A stretch of DNA of 64,000 bases from Candidatus Zixiibacteriota bacterium (GTDB taxonomy: Bacteria; Zixibacteria; MSB-5A5; GN15; JAAZOE01): assembly GCA_043819555.1 (NCBI GenBank), contig JBDREQ010000009.1:32001-96000 (forward strand), given 5' to 3'. The translations under genes and the position numbers were made by a program. The notes below the pieces were generated by a model. That model was not told the DNA's origin. It made no database searches and saw nothing but the letters and a program-made list of their open reading frames with translations. Shown piece by piece: positions 1 through 8,930 of the stretch. Numbering within the stretch: position 1 is the first letter of the stretch; every line of letters begins with the position of its first letter.

Positions 1-194
1 AATAAATCTTGCTCGATTTCACCATACTTTTTATTGCAGTCATTGCATGCAGGAACTTTCCACTTTTCTTTATTTATTGGTTCTGATTCGGAATACCATG
101 ATTTTGGAAATACATGATCCCAAGTTAATTTATCGAATTCACCAAGACAATAAACACATTTTCCCGGACCCGGTTTATTAAACTTGGGCATATA

Positions 195-848
195 CTAATT
201 CGGCTGATAGTTGTTGGAAATAATAAACGAAAGGTATTCGAGTTCCATCGACATGTTTTCGTTGCGGAGAAAAACATCGTCGGGAACGTTTAGATTTATC
301 GGAGCGAAATTCAAAATAGCCTTGATGCCCGCTTCGACGACTTCATCAACAAGATACTGCGCCACTATCGCCGGAACAGCCAGGATTACCATTTCAATAT
401 TGTGCTCGCGCAACAGGCGCGGCATATCTTTGATATCCGATACGATCAGACCTTTATGATTGGAACCGATCTTGCGCTGGTCATTATCAAAAACCAGTTT
501 GATGCGAAAGCCCTGACGATGGAATTCTTTGTAGGACACCAGAGCCGAGCCGATATTACCGACCCCAACCATAGCGACATTCCAGATGCGGTTAATGCCA
601 AGAATTTTGGCAACGCGTTTTTTCAATTCCGTAACGGGATAGCCCAGCCCTCTGGTTCCAAAGCTTCCAAAAAACGAGAGGTCTTTGCGAACCTGCGCCG
701 GAGTAAGCTTTTCGCGTCGAGCCAGCTCTTTCGAAGATATCGTTTCATAGTTCTCCTTCTCCAAAAGAGAAAGGGCTCGATAATATAATGAAAGACGCCT
801 GATGGTCGATTCAGAAATCTTTTTTTGTCCGTTATTCTGTTTTGTCAT
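195..848 (-). CDS. rex: Redox-sensing transcriptional repressor Rex
   Basis: N-terminal wHTH (TIRRLSLYYR, QVRKDLSFFGSFGTRGLGY), Rossmann motif GVGNIG and ILNFAP. Confidence 0.97.
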   Translation of the reverse strand: MTKQNNGQKKISESTIRRLSLYYRALSLLEKENYETISSKELARREKLTPAQVRKDLSFFGSFGTRGLGYPVTELKKRVAKILGINRIWNVAMVGVGNIGSALVSYKEFHRQGFRIKLVFDNDQRKIGSNHKGLIVSDIKDMPRLLREHNIEMVILAVPAIVAQYLVDEVVEAGIKAILNFAPINLNVPDDVFLRNENMSMELEYLSFIISNNYQPN

Positions 849-873
849 ATCCCATTGCGATTTTTAAAACTGC

Positions 874-891
874 ATGTGAATTGTTTCACAA
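874..891. promoter_or_regulatory. Rex operator upstream of rex (autoregulation)
   Basis: ATGTGAA-TTGT-TTCACAA matches the Rex consensus TTGTGAA-N4-TTCACAA at 13 of 14 defined positions, 25 nt upstream of the rex start. Confidence 0.85.
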
Positions 892-1080
892 TAAGAAACA
901 GAAAATATCGCGCGTAGTCAAGTTATTTTTCAAAATCGCCTAATTTGATTTATTATTTGTTGCCCTGCAATAAGTTACAATTACGGATAACTTTTATCTT
1001 ACTTGTAATTATCGGGCGATTTATGATAAATTTTACTGAGTCGTAAGTTATTTTTCTTGAATTGCAGCAGTTCCGCATAT

Positions 1081-2226
1081 TCAAACTACATATCGCGGAA
1101 GGGTTGGAGATATTCGAGAAATAATCTCGTAATTAATCGTCTGGCACCACCGAGCATGAGTATCGGCTGAGATTTTTTCGCTTCCATTGTTTCCAAATAT
1201 AGTAGCGACATCATACAATTTGACTCCGGGAATATTGGTAATATCGACCATCATCAAATTCATGCAGACCCGTCCCCTAATCGGCGCCCTCCAGCCTTTA
1301 ATTAAAACATATCCCAAATTCGATAAGCGGCGGTCGATACCGTCGGAATAACCTAACGGTAGAACAGCAATTTTTGATTTTGAACTGGCCCGGTAGGTGC
1401 ATCCGTAGCCGATAAATCCTCCGGCTTCAACCGTCTTAATTTGAGTTATTCGAGAGCATAAAGACAGAGCCGGAGTCAGGATTTTGTTTGTTCCCCCGCC
1501 GAGGCGATATGAAACATAAGTTTCGGTGGAGGGCCAGTAACCATAAAACGCAATCCCCGGACGAGCTAAATCAAAATAGGTTTCCTTAAAGAGCAGCAAT
1601 GCCGCGGAGCAGGCGGTATGTTTCAGTTTTGGTTTGACGCCCAGTTTATTCAAATAAGCGTTCATATTTTTGAATTGCCGCAACTGATTCATGGCAAAGG
1701 TATGATCGGTAGTGTCCTCAATATTGGCGAAATGAGTTGATATTCCGGCGACTGATATTTCGGGATACTTCTTTAGCGATGAAGCGGCTTTTGCCAGCTC
1801 ATTTTTATTCATACCCTGCCGATTAGTACCGGTTTCGAGCTTGAGATGGACTTGTATGGATGCATTTGATTTATGGCAGAAACGACCCAGTTTTGATAAA
1901 AACGTAGGTTCTGTGATTATCGGTTCTATATCGAGGCGAAAGACAGCGTCGATGTCATCGGGCGCGACCGGACCGACCATCATAATTTTCCGATTCCATC
2001 CTGCGGCTCTTGCGGTTTCAGCTTCGGCCGCAGAATGAACGGAGATATATGGAATTTCTGTTTCAGACAGGATACCGATTATTTCCATGAGGCCATGCCC
2101 ATATCCGTTGGCTTTTACCGCCGGAGCGAGCGCTGTTTTCTTTCCGGCCAGGCGAGTCAGGTGTTTGATATTATTCAATATCGCCCGTCGGTTAATCTCA
2201 ATCCATGTCAGATTTTTCATATTCAT
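1081..2226 (-). CDS. alr: Alanine racemase
   Basis: PLP-lysine motif AVKANGYGHG, plus IGYG, GYSDG, GRVCM and TINYE. Confidence 0.96.
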   Translation of the reverse strand: MNMKNLTWIEINRRAILNNIKHLTRLAGKKTALAPAVKANGYGHGLMEIIGILSETEIPYISVHSAAEAETARAAGWNRKIMMVGPVAPDDIDAVFRLDIEPIITEPTFLSKLGRFCHKSNASIQVHLKLETGTNRQGMNKNELAKAASSLKKYPEISVAGISTHFANIEDTTDHTFAMNQLRQFKNMNAYLNKLGVKPKLKHTACSAALLLFKETYFDLARPGIAFYGYWPSTETYVSYRLGGGTNKILTPALSLCSRITQIKTVEAGGFIGYGCTYRASSKSKIAVLPLGYSDGIDRRLSNLGYVLIKGWRAPIRGRVCMNLMMVDITNIPGVKLYDVATIFGNNGSEKISADTHARWCQTINYEIISRISPTLPRYVV

Positions 2227-2298
2227 AAAAAAATTGCGCCAGTTTATTCACTCGCGCAATCTATTAGATTTAATCCGTCGTTGCAATAATTTTGAGTG

Positions 2299-2781
2299 TT
2301 AAAGCGAATCAATCATCTTCTGGATAAGTTTCATATGCCCCCGTTCAAATTTGGCTAAAAACTCAAAGCTCTTTTTCTGTTCCGGATCGTCGGCGTCTTC
2401 CGCCGCTTGGGAAAAAACCTCGTTAGCCTCTTTTTCCAAATCATAGGCAATATCAAGAACGATTCTCATATCCGAAGCGTTGCGAACTGTATCAATAAGG
2501 CCCTGATGCTTCTCGGCCATATTTTCATCGATTTCGGGGAGCCCGTCTTGATTCAATATATCGTTATAAGTCACCCACTGTTCAGAAGTAATAAGCGAAT
2601 GATGCTGGCGTTCAAGAACTTGATAATGTTCTTTTTCTTCCGCTGCAAGAATCAAAAGTGTAACTCTTTGTTCATCATCATCGGTTTTTTTAGCTGCTTC
2701 CAGATAAAAAACATAACTTTTAATCTCTGAAGATATCCCCCAATTTAGCGCGTCGAGAACTTTTGGATTTGCTGGAGTCAT
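2299..2781 (-). CDS. Rubrerythrin-like ferritin-family di-iron protein
   Basis: Two E...ExxH units (EEKEH, FERGH); no rubredoxin domain. Confidence 0.85.
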   Translation of the reverse strand: MTPANPKVLDALNWGISSEIKSYVFYLEAAKKTDDDEQRVTLLILAAEEKEHYQVLERQHHSLITSEQWVTYNDILNQDGLPEIDENMAEKHQGLIDTVRNASDMRIVLDIAYDLEKEANEVFSQAAEDADDPEQKKSFEFLAKFERGHMKLIQKMIDSL

Positions 2782-2807
2782 AATCTATCCCTCACCTTGT
2801 TTGCCGG

Positions 2808-3014
2808 TTACATTTCCGTGTAATAATTATCATCGAGTTCCTGCTGGAGCCGTTCCTTATGCTTGATTTCTTCCTCAGCCAGTTTCACGAACATTTTTTG
2901 CGTGGCTTCATTTTCGAAAATCTTGGAATGCCTCATGTAAAACTCATAGGCGGCTTCTTCGCGTTTGATCGCCATTTCAATCGCAGTGATGGGGTCGGTG
3001 GTTGAATCAACCAT
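2808..3014 (-). CDS. Small half-ferritin (rubrerythrin family) protein
   Basis: AIEMAIKREEAAYEFY...EEEIKH, a single E/ExxH unit; RBS AGGAG. Confidence 0.8.
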   Translation of the reverse strand: MVDSTTDPITAIEMAIKREEAAYEFYMRHSKIFENEATQKMFVKLAEEEIKHKERLQQELDDNYYTEM

Positions 3015-3334
3015 GAATGTATCTCCTATTTTTGATTTTCAGAATTTATACGTCCCGAAAGGTTACTCAAAAGGGAAAAAATGTCAAGCCAATTCTGAAA
3101 ACTCGAAATAACGAAGGAATACATAATATATTGAAAAGATGGACTAAAAAACCGATATAAAAGGATAGAAACGGTCATTAACGCACGGCAGCAAATATGA
3201 AATGGAACCAACGATATATTTCGCTGTTTTGTGTTTTGAAATGATAACGATTTGATATTGCGCTGAAGCGGGAATTTTTATAGCCTTAAATATGGCAGGA
3301 ACCGCGAAATATCCGCGGTCGAACAGGAGATGAC

Positions 3335-5692
3335 TTGGAAATCACAATTACAAAAGAAATTCAGGATGAAATTGTTCTTCCCCGGGAAATGCCGATTTTA
3401 CCGGTCAAGGGTGTCGTTGTTTTTCCCTTTTTGGTTGTTCCTCTGATAATTTCGGAAAAGGCACATACTCGCCTGGTTGACGATGCCCTGATGCATGGCA
3501 AAACGATTGGCATTTTTAATACCCATGACCCTGATATTAAGAATCCTGGATTCGGTGATATATATAAATACGGAACGGCCGGGAATATTCTAAAAATGCT
3601 GAGGTTTCCCGATGGTTCGGTCAGGTTTTTAATTCAGGGTTTATCGCGCATCAAAATCGTTAAAGAAATTTCAACCGAACCATATTTATTTGGCAAAATT
3701 GAAGAGGTCAATGAAATCTATAAAAAGAGCGTCAAAACCGAAGCCCTCAATCGAAACTTGATGGATCGTTTGAAACATCTGGCGGAGATGGCTCCGTATT
3801 TGTCTGAGGAATTCTTCGTAACCGCCATGAACCAGGATTCCCCTGGGCAACTGACCGACCTCGTCGCATCCAATATGAATCTGAATATCGAAGAAAAACA
3901 AAAGCTGATCGCTCAGCCCGATGTTGAAAAGAGAATGGCCTCGCTTCTTCTTCACATCAATCGCGAACTTGAAGTTTTGGAATTATCCAAAAAGATTCAG
4001 GCCGAAGCCGCCAACGAGCTGGGCAAGATGCAGCGTGAGTATATCCTGAGAGAACAGATAAAGGCTATCCAGCGTGAGCTGGGCGACAGCCAATCCCGTC
4101 CCGAGATAATGGAGATTAAAAAGAAGATAGGCGAAGCGGGCATGACCGTTCAGGCGCGGGAGGCGGCCGACAAGGAATTGGAACGGCTGGCCGAAATGAA
4201 TCCTTCATCGGCCGAATATACCGTCAGCCGTACCTATCTCGACTGGCTTACCGATGTCCCCTGGCAGAAGTCAACCGACGATATGCTTGATGTCAGAAAG
4301 GCACGCAAAATTCTTGACGAGGATCATTTTGATCTGGATAAAGTCAAAGAGAGAATTATTGAATTTCTGGCGGTGCGGCGATTGAATCCGGATATCAAGG
4401 GGCCGATTCTGTGTTTTGTCGGTCCTCCCGGCGTAGGAAAAACATCACTGGGACGGTCGATTGCCCGTGCCATGGGGCGTGAGTTCTATCGATTATCTTT
4501 GGGCGGAATGCGTGATGAAGCCGAGATTCGCGGTCATCGGCGAACATATATTGGCGCCATGCCGGGGCGAGTAATTCAGGGATTGAAACGAGTTAAGTCG
4601 AATAATCCTGTTTTTATGCTCGACGAAATTGATAAGCTGGGCAGCGATTTCCGGGGCGACCCGGCCTCGGCTCTGTTGGAAGTTTTGGATCCGGAACAAA
4701 ATTTCAGTTTTTCGGATCATTACCTTGAAGTCGATTTTGATTTGTCGCATGTCATGTTTATCACAACCGCCAATATGCTCGATCCAATCCCGGGTGTTTT
4801 GCGCGACCGAATGGAAATCATCCGCATTCCCGGTTATACTGATTTGGAAAAGAATGAAATTTTCAAACGGCACTTGCTGCCCAAACAGCTTGAAAATCAC
4901 GGCTTGAACTCGACCCATATCTCATTTCACAAAGATGTGATTATTACGATGATCAATGAATACACTCGCGAAGCCGGACTGCGAAATCTCGAACGCGAAC
5001 TGGCCAACGTCTGCCGAAAAGTAGCCGCCAAAGTCGCGGGAGGAAGCCGCAAAAAGCAAGTTATTACCGGCAAAGAACTAATTAAGTATCTTGGCCCGCC
5101 CAAATTCACATCCGATACCAGATTCAGCAAAGACCATATCGGCGAAGTCGCCGGCCTGGCGTGGACGCCGTTTGGAGGCGAAGTGCTCAAAGTCGAGGCG
5201 ACAGCCATGCCGGGCAAAAAGAACCTGATTCTGACGGGACAATTGGGCGAGATCATGAAAGAATCGGTTCAGGCGGCATTATCGTTCGTGCGCTCTTTAA
5301 CCAACATCATGAATATCCCCGAAGATTATTTTGATACTCATGAGATTCATGTTCACGTGCCATCCGGCGCTACTCCCAAAGACGGCCCATCGGCAGGGAT
5401 TGCGATGGCTACCGCACTGGCATCACTGGCAACCGGACGGCGCGTAAAGGACAAAATGGCAATGACCGGTGAGATTACTTTGCGGGGACAGGTTTTGCCT
5501 ATCGGCGGATTGAAAGAAAAACTCCTGGCGGCCTACCGCTACGGCATCAAAACGGTTATATTGCCGCGTGACAATAAAAAAGATGTGGTGGAAATACCTC
5601 CGGAATTGAAAAAGGGATTGAAATTTAAATACATGGATGATGCTCACGACGTATTAAAATTCGCGTTGGAGCCCAAGAAAAAAACAGCATGA
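3335..5692 (+). CDS. lon: ATP-dependent Lon protease
   Basis: Walker A GPPGVGKTS, LDEIDK, catalytic PKDGPSAG and IGGLKEK; TTG start with AGGAG RBS. Confidence 0.98.
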   Translation: MEITITKEIQDEIVLPREMPILPVKGVVVFPFLVVPLIISEKAHTRLVDDALMHGKTIGIFNTHDPDIKNPGFGDIYKYGTAGNILKMLRFPDGSVRFLIQGLSRIKIVKEISTEPYLFGKIEEVNEIYKKSVKTEALNRNLMDRLKHLAEMAPYLSEEFFVTAMNQDSPGQLTDLVASNMNLNIEEKQKLIAQPDVEKRMASLLLHINRELEVLELSKKIQAEAANELGKMQREYILREQIKAIQRELGDSQSRPEIMEIKKKIGEAGMTVQAREAADKELERLAEMNPSSAEYTVSRTYLDWLTDVPWQKSTDDMLDVRKARKILDEDHFDLDKVKERIIEFLAVRRLNPDIKGPILCFVGPPGVGKTSLGRSIARAMGREFYRLSLGGMRDEAEIRGHRRTYIGAMPGRVIQGLKRVKSNNPVFMLDEIDKLGSDFRGDPASALLEVLDPEQNFSFSDHYLEVDFDLSHVMFITTANMLDPIPGVLRDRMEIIRIPGYTDLEKNEIFKRHLLPKQLENHGLNSTHISFHKDVIITMINEYTREAGLRNLERELANVCRKVAAKVAGGSRKKQVITGKELIKYLGPPKFTSDTRFSKDHIGEVAGLAWTPFGGEVLKVEATAMPGKKNLILTGQLGEIMKESVQAALSFVRSLTNIMNIPEDYFDTHEIHVHVPSGATPKDGPSAGIAMATALASLATGRRVKDKMAMTGEITLRGQVLPIGGLKEKLLAAYRYGIKTVILPRDNKKDVVEIPPELKKGLKFKYMDDAHDVLKFALEPKKKTA

Positions 5693-7233
5693 AGCTGGTC
5701 AATGCCGAAGAAATGCGCGCGGTTGATGATCGCGCCATAAACGAACGAAAAATTCCCTCGCTGGAGTTGATGGAAAACGCCGGACGAGGGATTTTTCTTT
5801 ATATCGAAGAAAATATTCTGACGCAATTTGACGAACCGAAAATTTGCGTTATCTGCGGACAGGGAAATAACGGCGGCGACGGATTTGTCGTCGGGAGATA
5901 TTTGATTGATGAAAACATGCCGTGTGATTTTGTCCTGACCGGAACTGATGATAAACTTTCGAATGATTGTCGAGTGAATTATAATAAGATTATTGAGGCT
6001 GGCAAGTCGGTAATACAATTGAAAAAAATATCCGACCTGTGCGATTTGTCTGAATATAACATTATCATCGACGCTATCTTCGGAACCGGATTTTCAGGCG
6101 CTCCGCGCGGGATTGCCGCCGAAGTGATTGACAAAATTAACGAGGCTGAGAAATTTGTTGTCGCTGTCGACGCTCCTTCCGGCCTTGATGTTTCAACCGG
6201 AATGGTCGAATCCGAAGGCGTGTTGGCTGATGTGACAACAACGCTGGCTTTGCCTAAACCGGGATTGTTTGTCTCGCCGGGCCGGGAATTCGCCGGAGCG
6301 GTGGCAGTGATTCCAATTGGCATTCCTGATGAAGTTGTTGAATCGTTCAATTATAAAACCAATCTGATTTCCGGCGAGATGGTTTCAAAGATATTGCCGA
6401 CGCCCAAACCGGATGGCCACAAAGGTGATTTTGGAAAAGTTCTTATCATTGCCGGATCGCCGGGTCTGACTGGCGCGGCAGTTCTGGCCGGAAACGCCGC
6501 CGCTCGTTCGGGAGCAGGATTGGTTACAGTCGGCGTACCGTCAGGATTGAATCAAATTATCGAATCGAAACTGACCGAAGTCATGAGCCATCCTCTGCCG
6601 GATATAAAAAAGAAACAGGTGCTTGCCCTTCGCGCTCGTGGTGAGATTAAAAAGCTGTTAACGGACAAAGATGCCACAGCCATCGGACCGGGCCTTGGAC
6701 GTCATCATGAAACCGGTGAGTTGGTTCGCAGGCTCATTGGCGATTTGGAAATTCCGGCGGTTATCGATGCCGATGGTTTGTTTGCTTTGTCCGGAGATGA
6801 GTCGCCTCTGTTATCACCTCATGGTCCGCTGGTTTTAACACCGCACCCGATTGAGTTTGCTCGTCTGACCGGTGAAACACCCGATGATAACCCGATTAAT
6901 AATTTTGAATTGATAACTAAGTATGCCAAGAAATTTGATTCGGTGATTGTACTCAAGGACTCCCCGACATTGGTCGCATCACCCGAAGGCCAGATATTTA
7001 TGAACCCGACCGGAAACTATGGCATGGCTACCGGAGGGTCGGGAGATGTATTGACCGGCATCATCGTCGCACTTCTTGGCCAGCAACTATCGCCACTCGA
7101 AGCGGCTTTGTGCGGTGTATTCATTCATGGTTTATCCGGAGATATCGCAATCGGCGACATCAATCCCCGCAGTTTAATTGCCGGCGACCTAATCGACTAC
7201 CTCACCTCGGCGTTCAATGCGGTGGAGGTGTGA
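5689..7233 (+). CDS. nnr: Bifunctional NAD(P)H-hydrate epimerase/dehydratase
   Basis: LMENAG, GNNGGDG, DAIFGTG, HKGDFG, GPGLG, DADGL, GGSGDVLTG; overlaps the lon stop (ATGA). Confidence 0.95.
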   Translation: MKLVNAEEMRAVDDRAINERKIPSLELMENAGRGIFLYIEENILTQFDEPKICVICGQGNNGGDGFVVGRYLIDENMPCDFVLTGTDDKLSNDCRVNYNKIIEAGKSVIQLKKISDLCDLSEYNIIIDAIFGTGFSGAPRGIAAEVIDKINEAEKFVVAVDAPSGLDVSTGMVESEGVLADVTTTLALPKPGLFVSPGREFAGAVAVIPIGIPDEVVESFNYKTNLISGEMVSKILPTPKPDGHKGDFGKVLIIAGSPGLTGAAVLAGNAAARSGAGLVTVGVPSGLNQIIESKLTEVMSHPLPDIKKKQVLALRARGEIKKLLTDKDATAIGPGLGRHHETGELVRRLIGDLEIPAVIDADGLFALSGDESPLLSPHGPLVLTPHPIEFARLTGETPDDNPINNFELITKYAKKFDSVIVLKDSPTLVASPEGQIFMNPTGNYGMATGGSGDVLTGIIVALLGQQLSPLEAALCGVFIHGLSGDIAIGDINPRSLIAGDLIDYLTSAFNAVEV

Positions 7234-7243
7234 ATACCAGCAC

Positions 7244-7272
7244 TTGACTATTTCAAACCATCTTAGTATTAT
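7244..7272 (+). promoter_or_regulatory. Sigma70-type promoter of the DUF4145 gene
   Basis: TTGACT-17 nt-TATTAT. Confidence 0.6.
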
Positions 7273-7317
7273 TGTTTCTAATCGATATCAATATTTAATT
7301 CGCAAAAGGATAGTTAA

Positions 7318-8127
7318 ATGGGAAATACTGAACATCCTCCGTCAATAAAGGAAACAGCATTTGAGTGCCCACATTGTGGAGCATTTGCAGCCCAGCATTG
7401 GTACGAATTATTCCGCAGACAATTTAAAAAGGAAACCCCACTTCCAGACATACCAAATGATGAATTTAAAAAAAGAATTTTAAATATTCCAAATTTACCT
7501 GAACAATTTCGCGAATCCAAACTTGAATGGTGTGATAAAATGTCGTTAGGGCTGGTATTTGTTAAGATACTCTCAGAAAGCCAATACCTAAAGGTGGAGG
7601 TAAATAATTTATATCTTAGCCAATGCTATAACTGTGATAAGATATCAGTTTGGGTTCACGATAGACTTGTCTTTCCCTATAAGAAATTTGGAATTGCACC
7701 AAATCAAGATTTGCCTGATGATATAAAGCGAGATTTTGAAGAAGCAAGGGATATAGTAAATTTATCCCCTCGCGGTGCTGCAGCACTTCTCAGGTTATGT
7801 GTACAAAAAATCTGTATATTTCTTGATGAAAAGGGTAAGAATTTAGATGAGGATATAGCAAATTTAGTAAAAAAGGGACTTGATCCCGTAATCCAGGAAT
7901 CTCTAGATGTAGTTAGAGTAGTTGGCAACCAGGCTGTACATCCAGGAGAGTTAGATTTAAAAGACGATAGTAAAACGGCAATTCAGTTATTTAAATTAAT
8001 AAACATGATAGCAGATCAAAGGATTACCAATCCCCAAAATGCAAAGAAACTGTATAATTCTTTACCTGAGGGCAAAAGAAAGGCAATTGAAGAACGCAAT
8101 AAAAAGGCAAAGAAGGATAAATTATAA
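7318..8127 (+). CDS. Zn-ribbon + DUF4145 (HEPN-fold) protein
   Basis: CPHC and CYNC pairs; SPRGAAALLRL...RVVGNQAVH; AT-rich relative to neighbours. Confidence 0.85.
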   Translation: MGNTEHPPSIKETAFECPHCGAFAAQHWYELFRRQFKKETPLPDIPNDEFKKRILNIPNLPEQFRESKLEWCDKMSLGLVFVKILSESQYLKVEVNNLYLSQCYNCDKISVWVHDRLVFPYKKFGIAPNQDLPDDIKRDFEEARDIVNLSPRGAAALLRLCVQKICIFLDEKGKNLDEDIANLVKKGLDPVIQESLDVVRVVGNQAVHPGELDLKDDSKTAIQLFKLINMIADQRITNPQNAKKLYNSLPEGKRKAIEERNKKAKKDKL

Positions 8128-8141
8128 TTCAGCATCATACC

Positions 8142-8672
8142 ATGGTCCCACACCCACCTCGAATAAAAAACCGATTGCCCGATTATGATTATTCGCAGGA
8201 TGGATTTTATTTCGTTACAATTTGTACCAAAAATCATATCAAATGTTTTGGCAAAATCACAAACGGGGAAATGCGGCTGAACGAATTTGGGGAAATCGCC
8301 AAACAACGGTGGTTGTGGATGGCACAACATTTTGATTTTGTGCAATTGGATGAATTCTGCATCATGCCGAATCACCTGCATGGAATCATCATCATAAATC
8401 GCGATAACAGCGTAGCGACAACTCTAGAGGTGTCGCTACAAAGACAACCTCAAACAGATAAACAAAGGCGGAATAATTTATTGTCCAAAACTATCGCGGC
8501 TTTTAAAACAACGGCATCAAAATATATTCACAAAGCAGGATTTGACAAATTCAAATGGCAACGGTCGTTTTATGATCATGTTATTCGAAACGAAAAATCA
8601 CTTTTAGAAATCCGCGAATATATCCGAAATAACCCACTAAAATGGGATTTGGATAAATATCATTCGGGGTAG
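8142..8672 (+). mobile_element. REP-associated tyrosine transposase (RAYT, IS200-like Y1 HUH)
   Basis: YDYSQDGFYFVTICT, HUH motif MPNHLHGII, WQRSFYDHVIRNE, catalytic-type YIRNNP. Confidence 0.9.
8412..8439. repeat. GTAG-tagged palindrome (REP-like) inside the RAYT CDS
   Basis: GTAGCGACA-A-CTCTAGAG-G-TGTCGCTAC, palindromic except for one pair. Confidence 0.85.
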
Positions 8673-8930
8673 AATCCTGCCAGAGTGCCAGAATTTCCGC
8701 ATGATTATTTTTAAATAAATTCCCTTAAACAAAAAAATCTCCATTACCGTCATATAATTAGCAGACAGCAGGTTATGACAGGGCGGGGGCGGAAATCAGC
8801 TAAAAATCATATAATTGGGGAAGAAACGCCCGTTTGGGCTGTAACCCTCCTGAAAGCAAACTCGACGTTTTATATTGAATTATTCAGGGCGTCGCCATAA
8901 ACTAAACTGTATAAGGTTATGGAGGGACAA

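Noticed and set aside
8142..8700. Complete IS200/IS605 element
   Set aside because: No tnpB and no subterminal hairpins seen; the protein has RAYT-type motifs
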